Shown: positions 36,091-52,447 of the stretch, piece by piece | Layout: each line of letters starts with the position of its first letter | How positions within the stretch are numbered: the stretch's first letter is position 1 | Assembly: GCF_008831285.2 (NCBI RefSeq) | Contig: NC_045138.2 | Location: forward strand, 11,532,001-11,596,000 | Origin: Nymphaea colorata | Taxonomy: Eukaryota | Reading direction: 5' to 3' | DNA length: 64,000 bases | Notes under the pieces: model-generated | What the model was told of the DNA's origin: nothing | The model's database searches: none | The model's input: the letters and a program-made list of their open reading frames with translations, nothing else | Made by a program: the position numbers and the translations under genes

Positions 36091-38439
36091 CTTATTTAAG
36101 GAGAGAGGCTAAGAAGGGAAACCCTACCCTAGAGAAATGTGAGAGAAGTGGTGATTTTGAAAACAAAATCAATAACTCATTGTCTAAATCTCATCGATCT
36201 CTCACTTTAAGTGCAAGGACCAACTAGCAGATCCCAATTCACCCTCTAGCATTTTCAATTTCAGCCTAAAAAAAACTAGGAACTAAGACAACCATCACTT
36301 AGCAACTCCCTTTTATAAGTAATTGAAAATCCTTACAATCTTCAATATATAACTAAACTCTAAAAGTAACATGTTACAGTTCACCCTCTTTGACACATGC
36401 AGTCACACGTGTGAGACCCCAAATCTGATTGTTGAATGTGCTTTGATACCACCCTTGCAACCCGATTAATAGATATCAACCAACTCCCTAGCAACTTTGG
36501 TTGTAGCTCAAAAAAGTCTAAAAATCAGGACAACCAAATACTTAACAATATGTTTTATAAGCCCTCAAAGATTCGTTACAGTATTCAATATGAGACTACA
36601 CAAATGAAGAGTTGCATTGTGAAATTATAAAAAGGGGCCATTAAATGATGAAAATAGAATAGGAAAGATCATGATGTATGAGAGGTGAATGCAAAACAAG
36701 TTGTGAATGATGATGGCTACGAGGAAAGTAATCCCGCAAATTCTAAAAGAAGGCACAAAGGGACTAGTAATGGGATAGACAAAGACAAGGAGGTTTCTTT
36801 GATGGAGAATCCTTAGATTATTTGTAAAAAAACCTTTTCATAAGGTTAGTGAGGAAGATGTTCCCCCCAGGTTTTGTTTTGAGGTGGAGGAAAAGATTTC
36901 TAACTGCAGTCCTATCAATTCTAAGTGCTTAGGGTTAAATATGGTTAGCAATGTGGGATCATCAAGATAGTGATGACAAACCGAATGCAACAAAAATAGG
37001 CTTGTTTCCTTGTATGAAAGGATGGGAAGGAAAAGACATGAAAGCTAGGGAGATTGAAAGATACTTAACAAATGACAAAATAACATTTTTGGATGATTTT
37101 AACCCTTGGAATAAAAGAAAACGATGCATAGGGGATGATAGCATCAAGTTTCAAGGGATGATTGCATCTATTGACCAGTAGTACAACAAGGATATGGGTG
37201 ATCTCATAACTAATTTACCATGAAAATAATGTCGTAGAACCTAAGAGGTTTGATAAGGAAGCTAGTGGGGGAATAATTAACAATACAACAATAGAGGATG
37301 GGACCCTTCTAAAATAAAACTAGGATAGTTGTGATAGATATCTATTGGATTTTTTTCAAATGATGTTTGATCTTGGAGAAAGTTCAGGTGGTTGTGGTGG
37401 AGTTTATCTTCCCTCATAGTGTCATTCCTCAATTTTCTCAATTGTGTCTTTTTAAGGTGGTTGAGCTGCAGAAATTCTTTCACTAGTGCATACAACAATG
37501 TTAGTAGTAATAGTAGTAGGGTGTATAGTAAGCTACTGCCAATATATTCTAGGCTATCTAACTACTAAATTTGCTCGGTTAAAAAAAAAAATACTAGATT
37601 TGCTAAATCTGATAATGCCCATGTTATGTGGTTGTAGATCTCAAGGCACTGTGTCTTGAATTTCAACAAAAACATAGCTAAAACCTAAAATTTAGATGTA
37701 TTTTGGTACTTCAAAGCAGATACCAATAGTGCTTTAGGTCCAATTGACTCGAAGCCAAGTATAATAGGATTGTCAACCAAATAAGACCTACTTATCTACA
37801 CTAAGACCCAAATCCATCTAGTTTTAAGTTTTAAAAATTGCAAAATGACCCAATTTGGGGAACACCCTAGGCCAGTGTTATCCACAGAGAACCTTGTCCA
37901 TGACTGAAGGAAAGAGTTTTATTTGTCTTTCTTCTATCTATAGTCCATTTTTGTCATATTCAGTTTGGATATTTTTTTGCGATTTCTATCATCTTCACCT
38001 TTTCATTTTGATTTCCATTTCACTATTCCTTGTGATTTTTCTCCATAATTACTTGTTGGTTTTGCATATTTATATAAATAAGGGGCATGATTCATTTTTA
38101 AGTAATCAAGCATCCATGACACCCGACATGCCTTCTTCTATGTATCAACTTGTCTTTTCTATGATTTTGCTATCACTAGTCCACTTTGAAGCTTGCTACA
38201 CATTATAGACATGTAATCAGACATTGAGAATGTGAGAGGATTCTAGATCATATGCTTGATTTTTTTAGTGTTTACTTAGGGAAAACCTCCTTTGGCATGA
38301 AACCCCTAAGACTATATCCTTATACCTTTAAGGTTTAGGCTTGCTTCGGGGCTGGGTAGACCTATAGTGCATCCTTTAATTTGATGTCCTAATTGCTACC
38401 ATTTATAGCCTAGGTTGTAACATACTAGAACATGACAAC

Positions 38440-38514
38440 AACTACAGAATTTAAACCTCAAATTCCTTGAGTGTGGGCCGCCTTGCCACCCGATTGTGCT
38501 ATGCCCCTTGAGGC
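38440..38514 (-). mobile_element. Second copy of the SINE-like tRNA-related head
   Basis: Minus strand GCCTCAAGGGGCATAGCACAATCGGGTGGCAAGGCGGCCCAC...GAGGTTTAAATTC aligns with the head at 35676. Confidence 0.5.
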
Positions 38515-38915
38515 AAAAAATGCACTCTTTGTTACATTTGAAATCATGGAGCTTCCAATAGAACACTGAAGCTTTATGTAGGTCAACTTTTGGGAGCCCA
38601 TTAAAGATATTTAAGAAATCTAGAAAAAATGATTTTGCTCTTGGAACATTGAAGGCCCGAGTGCCTTTGTTAGGAGTTTCTTTAAATATTTTAAATCAGT
38701 GTTCTCTTCAAATATTTGTTCTGTTTATACTTCACTTTTATTCAAGAATAAAATTGTAACTTAGTTGTATCTTGAATATATCTTCTTCTTTGTGGATCGG
38801 CCTAAACTTGCCATTAGCAGTAGAGATTGATTTTATTATTTGGTGTCAAATAATCAAATCTTTCATCCAAAACATCTTTCTAAAAATATTTAGTTCCAAA
38901 GGTACACAAAGTTTT

Positions 38916-39033
38916 GGCATGCTTGTTTGGAACAACATATCATATCCACTCCTATTAGTGACTTCACTATATTAGGCATGTTTGTTTGGAACAACATATC
39001 ATGTCCACTCATATTAGTGACTTTACTATATTA
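38916..39033. repeat. 59-bp tandem duplication
   Basis: ggcatg(c/t)ttgtttggaacaacatatcat(a/g)tccactc(c/a)tattagtgactt(c/t)actatatta occurs twice. Confidence 0.9.
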
Positions 39034-41429
39034 TTATGTAGCAAGTAAATATTTAGTAAATATTGGGATCCATTTTGAAGTGTTGTTGGGGCTCACTCAA
39101 TATTCTCTCTTTTTTATTGCACATAAGGTAGAAGCAAGTAGCCAAGTGGCTTCTAGAAAATGTAGAATACAGTTAATCTGCTTGCCATTTGTGCTACATT
39201 TGCCACTCTTGTGTTTATAGTATGATTTGTTTTTGAATTGTGTTTTTCTAACATTTGGGTTTGCATGCTAGTCTTAAGAGTTGGTTGATTTTGTGTGATT
39301 TTTACTATGTCAAACATACTAGAACAAGTTTAGATAATTCTGAATATTTGTATTTAGCATTACTTTGTAGCTTAATTGTTGACAAATCACATAGGAAAAT
39401 CAAGTATATCACATTCAATTTTTCTCTTGTTCTCTGAGTTTAAAATTATGTTGTGATAGCCAAAACTGATTTAAAACATTTTCAAATTTTTGTATGAGAA
39501 TGCTCTAGCATGTGAAGCATCAAGGACCATTAAATTTAGAAAAGCTTTTAATAAAAAATGATAATTTCCTACCTAGATTTTCAATCAGCCAAAAGAGAAA
39601 TTTTCTATCTATTTATATGGAAGACAAGATTGGAAATCTGGCCACAAATTTTGAAAATATGAGAATAACTTGGGAGATAGGACCAATTGTTGGTTTGGGC
39701 TTTGGCCATTCCTAACATCTTTTTTATAGGTAACCAAACTAACACCATATTTAGATGGAGAGAAGAAAGGAATGGTAAGAAAGATGATTCCTGCATTTGG
39801 ATGGCTAATTAATAGAGAAAGAATTGAAGGGAAAGCTAAGGAATGTGTTTGCATACAAAGGAAAGGGAGGAAGAGGGAGGGAATAGAAAAGGTTTTTTAA
39901 TGTAAATCCAATCCCTCTAGAAATGTAAAGATTATGAGGAAAAAGAAGGACATTTCTTATTGTTGCTAAAATTGCCCTCCAATGATTATCATAAGCACAA
40001 TGGAAAAGAAGCAGCAAGGGCACCATCCTTTTCTTGACCATAGGTATGCAACCCCTCTCTCTCTTTTGATAGGCAAGGGCCTGGCTTTCTCTGCTATGTA
40101 CAGGGGAAATCCAGGGATAGCAGAGGGAGGGGTCAGCCCCTCCCCATTGACTGAAGCAGGGGAAAGGGCCCGACCCTCTTCCCACCTTGCCATCAGCAAC
40201 TGCTGCCGACGGTAGGGCAGGGAGAAAGACAAGCCTTTTCCTCGCTTTTGATTGGTGGCAGAGGAAGGGGTCAGGATTACTGAAGCAGTGGAAAAGGGTC
40301 CACCCCTCCACCTACTATGCCGTTGGCAGCACCCTTGTTTTCTATTTTGTTTTTTAGTAAAATCATGTTTTCTTAATTTCTCTTGTGTAATGCATATGTC
40401 TAGCTCTTCCAGATCAATGTTGATGCAAATCTTAGTTCGTTTGAAAGTCTTTCATCATTTAAAACTAGGCATATTTCTACTTTTTTCTATTTAATTATTT
40501 GTTCTCTATTTTGGCTCAAGTCACAACGTTCGAATCTCATGTTTTCTACTTTCTATAGGAAACTAATTTTTGACAATGAATTTTTGAGTTGTCTCCTATT
40601 CAAGGTCAAATTGTTTATGCTTTGATCAATTGGATTTGGTTCCCATATGTTTTGAGTTACTCTCACCCAATTTTTGGCCTAATCCATGTTTGCTTAGTAA
40701 GGTTTTAGTCCAAAGCATAGAGGTTTATTTTCTAAGAGAATTTTCTTTCCAGTTCAAAGTTTTTCACCAATTCTAAAAACCATAACCTAAGCTCTAGCAA
40801 TGTTTTTGTGACTGTCAATTCAGTTGCTTTTTGATGTCTCTACACTACTCCAATTAGCCTTCTATTTTAGACATGCACTATGATATGTTTGATAGTTTTT
40901 TTTAACCATTCATGCATTCAGCCAACTTTAATTTGCATAAGAGACAGCACATGCAAACTCGAAGCTTCCAACTTGTGACGATTTGATGTCATCTAGTTAG
41001 CTTCGCATCGCCTACACATTGATGCATACTTTTGTTGTCAACTAGTATCTTTTGTTGAATGATGTAGTTTGTCCATTTGCAACTGAAAGATGTATAATTG
41101 ACAGGTAAATAGCATGCTTAAATAAAGAAACATAATTGCTCTTGTTGTGCTCACCTACATTGTATTCAAAGAGATTGTCTTATTAGATTAATTTTTTTAA
41201 TGATTTTCATGTAGTTTGCTTAATATACCGATATCATTTATGGTTCTTTGCACTTTGAGTTTTTTAAGTTTAATTGTACTATTTTCTACATATGATTTTA
41301 GAAGACATGGGAGATCACAACGAAGAAGGTTTTGTAAGGACATGGATGAGAAAATGATAACAGGTAGTAGTTTTCTTTTATGTGATATTTTTTATTATTT
41401 CTTGCATCAAAGAAGTTGGCGAGATAGCT

Positions 41430-42250
41430 TGTGCTCTATCCAATTGGATTATCTTATGGAAAAAAACAAATTATTAGAAACCAAATCATATAAACTAGAT
41501 GATAATGCACAATGTCACAATATAACACAGATTGGTACAAGAAGTTTTAGAGAATTATGTATATTCTTCAACGTGATTGTGGAATATATAGTACAAGACA
41601 TTGCAAAGTAGAAGAATAAGTTGCATTCTTCCTTATGATGTCATCTCACACGTATAAATGTCGATCAATTCAGTTTGGGGCTCATTGTTCTACATGGACA
41701 AGACCTTGACATTTTTATAGAGTATTGAGTTCAATAATTCTACTAGAAGACAAATTCATTCAACAACCTAATGGATCAACTATATCAAAAATTACTATAA
41801 TTTAATAATTTTATGAAATATGAACTTAACAATATGACTTATATTCATTTTTTTAGACAAAAAATATTTTGTTGATGTTGGGTTTTCATTAAAGAGTGGA
41901 CTTATTACACCCTTTAGAGGTGTGAGATATCATTGAAAAAATACTCCAAGCATGGTCTACAAAATGCGAAGAATTATTCAATCTTTGACATGCTTCTTTA
42001 CACAATGCAATTGAAAGATCTTTAGTGCCTTAAAAAAATATTTTCAATTATAGCTAGTTTATTCATGCAATACATAGACAAGAGTCTTCTTAGCCGGTTG
42101 TGTACTATATATCTATCTCATAGGTATCGATAACAAACTTATGAGTCAACCTAGTGAAAAGGATTCTGTTCAAATTGATCAAGATGAAGACTATAAAGTT
42201 ACATAATTTATGTAGCATAATATCTCTTCAATTATGTGGCCACACTATCA
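41430..42250 (+). pseudogene. Harbinger DDE transposase remnant
   Basis: Decayed SFRELC..VEE*VAFFL..SH, then VDVGFSLKSGLITPFRGVRYH and ELFNL*HASLHNAIERS (cf. YLVDAGY...PYRGVRYHL / ELFNLRHSSLRNxIERxFG). Confidence 0.85.
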
Positions 42251-42473
42251 GCTAGAAGCTTCAATAAATTGATAGGACACATTGATTTTTTTATCTAATA
42301 TTATTTCTTATTGTAGCAATTCTTTTGATTTAATTACACGAACTTTTGATAATTACATGTGGTTTTCCTTTTCATCATGCATATTTTTTCTAAACTTGTT
42401 TTACTCTGCATTTAGCTAATAACAATGAAGAAGAATCACACACAAACAGTTGAATTTAAGTTGATAAGTACAA

Positions 42474-43250
42474 TGGAGTCAATTTATGAATGATGTGCTC
42501 ATTGATGCGTTACTGCTTCAACAAATAATTGGTAATAAAGTGAATGACATTTTTAATACAACCGCTTATGATAATGTTGCCACAGAACTGAATGATATAA
42601 GTTGGCAAGATGAGTACCAAAAAACACACAAAAAATTGCATGAAAACCTTGAAGAGTAACTTCAATAATTATTATGACATCTTTAAAAGTGGTTTGAGTG
42701 GATTTAATATTAATCAAAGACAAATATCTAGACAATGAGTTTCCTTATTGTGGTTTTTTTTTGTGTTTCTTTGCATAGGCACATCCATTGGCAAGAAAAT
42801 GGACGATGACATGACTTTTATGAATAAAAATATTGGTGATACAATGCAGCTTATTGATAAACCAAAGTCAAGTAATATTGGAACCATTTGTCAATCTTGG
42901 CGAAGAGTTTGAAGTTCAAGTTGAACCCAATACAAGTTCATTATTGAGGCATAAGAGAAAAAGAAGTACAAATGAAGATGATTTCAAAGAGATTGAAAGA
43001 TGTTTTTGAAAAAGTTGCTAATACAGTTAAAAAAAGTAATATTATGTATGATAAAAAACCTTCAAGATAAATATTTCAAGGAAGACATACTTCTAAAGCT
43101 TGAAGCCATTGGTATTGAAAATGAATTACAAGCTAATGCATAGCTTCATCTTACTAATGTTGAAAAATGATGGAAACATTTTTTGCATGTCCTTCTTTTA
43201 AGGGCAAGGAGGTTTTACTTATGATGCTTAGTAGAACTGGAATTATTTGA
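42474..43250 (+). pseudogene. Harbinger Myb/SANT-like accessory ORF remnant
   Basis: WSQFMNDVLIDALLLQQIIGNKVNDIFNTTAYDNVATELN resembles the Myb/SANT-like motif WTxxMDxxLIxxLxxQxxxGNKxxxxFxxxAY. Confidence 0.75.
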
Positions 43251-45854
43251 GTCATTAACATCATTTTTTATTTTTTGTTTATACGAGTTTTTCATCCTTA
43301 GATGATTATTATATGTAGCTTCATATGTTTTAAAATTCAGCCAATTTTTTATTTTTAGTGAATGGTTGCGTTAGATTCATTATTTTCATTTACTTGTTGA
43401 TTGTAGAGAGAGGAGAGAGATATGCATAAGAAGTTCTAGATTGTTATGGGTATCACTGTAAAACAACTTAAATTCAAGCCTTTCCTTAGTTTATGTACTA
43501 TAAACAAAAACATTATTTTAACAATTTCTTTCCTTTCATTTCTTTTTCTTTCTGTTGAAACAAGCTTCTATAACTATCCCTTTCTTTTCCTTTCCTTCCT
43601 ATTTTTATTTGATTTCCTTTCCCCTTCATCCATTACTTTCCTTCTCTTTCGCTCCATCCAAACAAGGCCTAATGATCTGACGTCCATCTATTTCCTAAAT
43701 GCTTAAAAAATATTCCTAAAAAGAAGATGCATTCGAGAAAGAGAAACAAACATAAAAAACAATGCAGTTTTTGAAAGAATGATGCATATGCACTAAGTTT
43801 TGAAGTTGAGTTTTAGAGACAATTTAATCAGACCATTAGGGCTTAAAATATATTTATTTTGAAAAGCCCTTTCATCATGAGGTCCATGCATGATACAACC
43901 TATGTTACATGATGCATGCAAAAACATTTTAGAAATCAAGATTGCAATAGGATTTTTAAAGAAGTGTTGAGATAGATTTTGAAAGTGTATCTTAAGAGAT
44001 ATCAAGGAAGCCTAAGTCTTCTCTACACGTTCATGTAGCCAACAAGTAAATATGATTTCAGTCCCCTTAATCTCTAAGAGGACATTCATTGTATATGATT
44101 TCATTCATGTCAACAATGGGTAACTCAAATTTTTATTGTACATTGTAAATAGATATCGAGTTTTCCCCTATTATTTTTGTGATTTTTTCATTGTACATTG
44201 GAATAAATAATGAAATAAAAAGAAAAATAAAGAGAAAAAAGCTACACCAATATGACAAAACTACATGCTCGTCGATAATAGTAGATGGCTTGAAGTGAAA
44301 TGAGTATGTTGAAGTAGATATGGAGTTTCCTAACCATTAGCTTTTTTTCTCTCCTCACCCACCCAACTAAGAATGGGAGACCATATTAGGAAAGACAAAA
44401 CAATTGGGCCTCGTGAACAACTTAAGAACTTCTGACTTAAATTGAACTATAGTGCACCACCTTTAGTGGGCCCAACCTTCTTTATAGGAACCTCTACCAC
44501 ATCTTATTTAAGTCGAAATTGTTAGTGATTTTATGATTTTTGAAGCTGCACCAATTGTCAAGCAGTCATAGATATGTTCCCCTTGCAAGGCCTCAGCAAC
44601 ATGGGAATTCTAATCCATCTGTCCCGAACCTAATGATCTACTAGGTTCCATGAGATAAGGCTGATCAATTGGTTCTTATAACTAGTTGCCCCTATCCAGT
44701 AAGGGCCCTTTCTCTTTGACATTTCCTTCGGACAACATCTAAGTTCAGTTTCCTTCCCTCTATCCCTCAGGACCAAACAATCATTGGTTGATATAGAAAA
44801 AAATGGAAGGCCTTCCAAGGTAGTAAAAGGAAAGGAGAACTTGTTCGGGCCAACCAATAGGTAGGAATCCTTATAGCTACTAACCCAAACGATGGCTTGA
44901 AAGATAAGCCTAGTAGTCAGACTATTGTGTTTGTGCCTCAACCCCCTCCCTCTCAGCCAACTCAAATGCCCTTGATTTTTTAAAAAGAAAGTTGCCCCTT
45001 GGTCATTTTGAAATCTTTCCATTCAGCCTAATCCTTTTATTATGGATCCTACATCATGAGTACTAAAAAACACTTCCCTTTTAGTGGTCATGACTTTTTA
45101 CATGTAAAATTTTCCAATTTCACATGTAGACCATAATAAATAAGATATATTATATCTACTCACCTTCATTCCTTATGTGGGATTCCTAGACACGGGACCC
45201 GACCTACCGGTATGAAGTTTGACTGTTTTTTCGCACGTTTACTAGGGGTAATCAAACCAAAGACTAGACAAAATGGTCCAATTTGAGTCTAAATATCATC
45301 CAAATTTAAGAAAGCAAATGTGCCTTAATTTTGAAATCATGCATGTTTTAAAATCTAAATAGATCTAAGAAGTAAATTGATGAATAAAAAGAAATTAATC
45401 GGACGTCTGTTCATGTCTAGATCATCTTAGATCAAGCAAATCATTGTCTTAAATCCAATATGTTACATGAAAAAACTAGGTCATATTGACCTAGAGTCTT
45501 GTCTCTATTGAGACTTGGGTGTAGGACGTGGACTTATAGGGAAATCTAGATCTGAATCAAAAAATTGAGATCAGGATATGAGGAATTTACAAAATTTTTG
45601 TTCTAAATTTGAATGAGAAATGTCATAGAAATCTAAAATACCATATCATGTCAATGGGACACTTGATCCAAAGTGCAAGGTTAAAAATCCAGTAGGTTTG
45701 ATCTTGTATTCATGACTGTATCTCTTAAGATCCAAATGTTGAAAGAATAGATCTAGATTTGATGACTACAGGGTTTAAAATCATGCATTTGGGTTTGATT
45801 TTGTAGGAATTGATCCTAAGATTATGACCAAATACTCATTTATTTTAAAATTCA

Positions 45855-46220
45855 ATCCAAGATACAAAATCCAAGATCCAAGATCTAAAACTTAAGATCC
45901 AAGATTTGAAATCCATCCAAAATCTATGGTGTAAAATGCAAACATATAATCTCATAATTTGAGATTTATGGTTTGGGACTAGTATGTGAAATATGATTCA
46001 AAATCCAAAGTCTAAAATCCAAAATCCAAAATCTAACACTTGAGGTCCAAAATATAAGATCCAAGGTCCATGATCCATAATCCAATATTTGAGATCTAAA
46101 ATCCAATGCTTGAAATCTAAACTTCCATGTAATAGAATTAGGTTTAATATCAAACTTTATATCAATATGAGGTTCATGATTCAAATCCAATGCCTTGAAT
46201 TGTGATTCAAGATCCAAACA
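45855..46220. repeat. Degenerate heptamer array (AAGATCC/AAAATCC)
   Basis: Repeated atccaag/atccaaa/atctaaa units; probably transposon subterminal repeats. Confidence 0.7.
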
Positions 46221-46682
46221 TGCTAGGGTAGGTTGGTCAAGAGAACTGGGTTCAGTCTTGCCTATACCAAGTTTAAACCCACCTTGCCTACACCAAGTTA
46301 GATTCTAGTTTTCACATACCTGGGCTAATGCACACAAGGTGTGCCACTAGGTCCACCCAGTCTAGTTTCAAAAAAAAGGGTGCATGTGGGTGCAAAGGTG
46401 GTTCAATGCATAAGAGAGGGGCATACCTAACCCTTAGGCCTATCTTAAAGGCATTAAAGTAAATCCAATCTAGAAAATATATGTGCTAAACTACAAAATT
46501 ATCAAAGCAACTAAACTAAACGTGGTAAAAACAAAAAGGAAAGTAAACTTAACATGCTTAAAAGCAAAAACTAAACTAAACAAGCATAAAGAACTAAATT
46601 GCAAATAAGAAAAGAAAGAAGTCAGAAAAGAAATTACTTGAAGGCAGCACCTAAGCTGAGCCCAATCCCACGACCTCACACC

Positions 46683-47794
46683 TAAGGCTGGGCATCGGGT
46701 CGGGCCGGCCAAAAAAATTGACAAAAGTTAAGCCCGTTAACGTTATCGGACCATCCCGAGACCCGGCCCGTTTATAACCGGGCTGGGCTGGGCCGATGAA
46801 GTATCGGGCCTCGGGCTTGAGATTGTGCCCGAGGCCCGGCCCGTTTATAATCGGGCTGGGCCGATGAAGTATCGGGCCTCAGACTTGAGATTGTGCTCAA
46901 GGCCGGGCGCAGCCAGGCCAGATTATCCGCCCGGGCTTGGCCTCCTGCAGGCTGCAGGGTCTCGCTCCACTTTTCAAGCTTTCCCCTCTTTTTTCAGTTG
47001 TTCTTTCCTCCCCTATTTTTCATCGTCTTTTGGAAGGGAACACTCCATTCTCATTGATCATGCGTTCCCTGTTCAATCTTTGGAATGCGATTATGCGAGG
47101 TTGTTGTGCAAGACAGGCAACAAAAAGAGTGAGACTCACTGCCATTCTATTGTAGTTTGACAGAAATCAAAAAGAAGGAAGAGAGACAAACCTCTCTCTC
47201 TCTCCCCCCAACTTTGTGTTGTTTTCCTTTTCTTTTTTCTTTTTCCCTTTTCTTGTTGCTAGAATGTTGGGAGATAGAGGAGAAAGTCAGATGAAGCACT
47301 CGTCATCAGCGGTCCCCCATGAGAGCTTAAGAATAGAAAACATGTGGCGGCCCAATACCAGGTGAGTGAGAGAAAGAGGGAAGGAAAGAACAGGGCGATG
47401 GTGGCGATGGCACGGGGATGACGGCAGTTATAGAGCCATGGGTGATGGCCAACGGGGAGGACTGCAGGAGGTGTTCAACGGCAGTCGGCGAGGTCATGGC
47501 ATCGGCTACGTGGGAGAAGAATGAAAGGAAAGTATGAAAAATACATTCAAACGAAGTGGAAATCGGAAACCCTAACATAAGTAAAGGGGCAAAAAAAAAA
47601 GTTTTTTTTTTTTTTAAGTTACGGGCTTGTCGGGCCGTCGACGAATGTTGGATCAAGCCCGGGCCCGACTCGTTAAGTATCGGGCCGAGCTGGGCTCGAT
47701 AAAATCGGGCCCGTTAAGGATTTTTCAAGGCCCGGGCCCGAGTCAGGCCGGGTACCGGGTACCCGGCGGCGGCCCGGCCCAATGCCCAGGCTTA
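46683..47794. mobile_element. Non-autonomous hAT element (1112 bp)
   Basis: Left TIR TAAGGCTGGGCATCGGGTCGGGCCG versus reverse complement of the right end TAAGCCTGGGCATTGGGCCGGGCCG; perfect 8-bp TSD CTCACACC at 46675-46682 and 47795-47802; GGGCC/GGCCC subterminal repeats. Confidence 0.93.
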
Positions 47795-48397
47795 CTCACA
47801 CCGATTTTGGGTGGGTCTTGGCTGAATGCTAATGCAGCCCCAACCAAGAGTTAGAGTAAGACTCTTAAAAATTACACTTGTTTTGAGCTAAACCCTTTTT
47901 GTGTGCCCGGTTGAAATTTTACAAACCATTTGAGCTTCTCAAAGAATAGCTCAAAGTGTGTGTGAAGCGCACCCTCATTTATAATGGCTTGAGGGAGGAG
48001 ATTTTTCTTCCATGATCAATAAGGGACTAAACTTCTCTTTTCTCTCAAAAGCACAAACCATGGGTTAAAAGCATATTTTTATTCAAATTTTGCTCGCTAC
48101 AATTTCATCTGGACTGTGAATTTGATTGTGCAAAGAGCCACCCATGCAAGAAGAAGTACTAATCGATTCTTGATAAAGTATTCCAACTGTGATTGGGTGT
48201 GGAGGGAAAACAATGCCAGAATACATAGAGGAGAAAATACACTTTTAAACCTTACTTTAAAACTTAATATGAACTAGAAATTTGTTCGTTTCACCCACAT
48301 ACGATTCCCTTTATAGTGGACCACTCAGCAAAGACTTCCACATGTTTGATGTGCTTTAACACATCTTTTTTTTTTTTTTAACTTGTTAACTCGTTTA

Positions 48398-48542
48398 ACT
48401 ATTTTGTCTCACTATAATTCAACGTTTATTATGTAATCGAGTTGGGTTGTTATAGCTCTAACTCGACTCCACTATTTTTTCTCACTACAATTCAACATTT
48501 ATTATGTAATCGAGTTGGGTTGTTATAGCTCTAACTCGACTC
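48398..48542. repeat. 73-bp tandem duplication within a decayed CTCGA-rich MITE (to ~48659)
   Basis: actatttt.tctcacta.aattcaac.tttattatgtaatcgagttgggttgttatagctctaactcgactc occurs twice. Confidence 0.85.
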
Positions 48543-48942
48543 GATTAACATTTCAAGTATATACTTGAACTCAAACTCAACGAATCGAGTTCGAGTCAAG
48601 TTTAGATGAGCGAGTTCAAGTCAAGCACGAGTTGACTCGACTCGCTCTGGCAGTCCCAATAGAAGAATATCGTGGAAGGAGCCTCATTCTGAAGGCGCTC
48701 CCGTAAGAAAACTAAAAGGTAAACAAATTTCCAGAACACCTGACTTGAAAGGGCACTGTTTAGCCATTTTTATAGGATCCACAGCCCGTAGTCCGTTAGA
48801 AATCGAATTTGAATTCAGATGAGCATAACCGGGTCCTATCTGAATCCGGCTAACACACTATGTTAAACTCGGATGCGGTTCTAACGAAATTCGACCCAAA
48901 TCCGCCTTTGCATTTTACCTCACCCATTGAAACTAAGAAGAG

Positions 48943-49035
48943 AAACCCTAACTTCGGAAAGCGGTATATAAATGGTTGAGCATCCTCATCTCGGCTAGGG
49001 TTTTTGAGGCAGGAACAAGCAATCGCTTAGGGTTT
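48943..49035 (+). promoter_or_regulatory. RPS14 core promoter: telo-boxes and TATA box
   Basis: AAACCCTAA 48943-48951, TATATAAA 48965-48972, TAGGGTTT 48996-49003, TTAGGGTTT 49027-49035. Telo-boxes are typical of plant ribosomal-protein genes. Confidence 0.8.
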
Positions 49036-49066
49036 CCGAGCTTGCCCCACAAGAAACAAAAAGAAA

Positions 49067-52447
<3,381 letters not shown>

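Larger units (their letters stand above)
39743..43669 (+). mobile_element. Fossil autonomous-type PIF/Harbinger DNA transposon
   Basis: Right TIR ...CTCCATCCAAACAAGGCC followed by TAA (43670-43672); decayed left TIR CACCATATTTAGATGGAG preceded by TAA (39740-39742); GA-rich and TC-rich subterminal regions; transposase and Myb/SANT remnants inside. Confidence 0.8.

Noticed and set aside
36100..36460. Minus-strand PBS-like TGGTATCAAAGC at 36440-36451 with LTR-like flanks
   Set aside because: No paired LTRs, TSD or coding domain could be delimited; probably retroelement debris.
39805..40494. ORFs of 77-168 aa in a GC-richer patch
   Set aside because: They lie in the 5' non-coding part of the Harbinger fossil and show no protein motifs.
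44300..45150. Possible LINE ORF2 3' remnant (ORF 44630-45022)
   Set aside because: Only vague similarity and no diagnostic RT motif readable.
45855..46220. Short periodic repeats considered as CRISPR-like or telomeric
   Set aside because: Eukaryotic context, no repeat-spacer structure, and the unit is not TTTAGGG.
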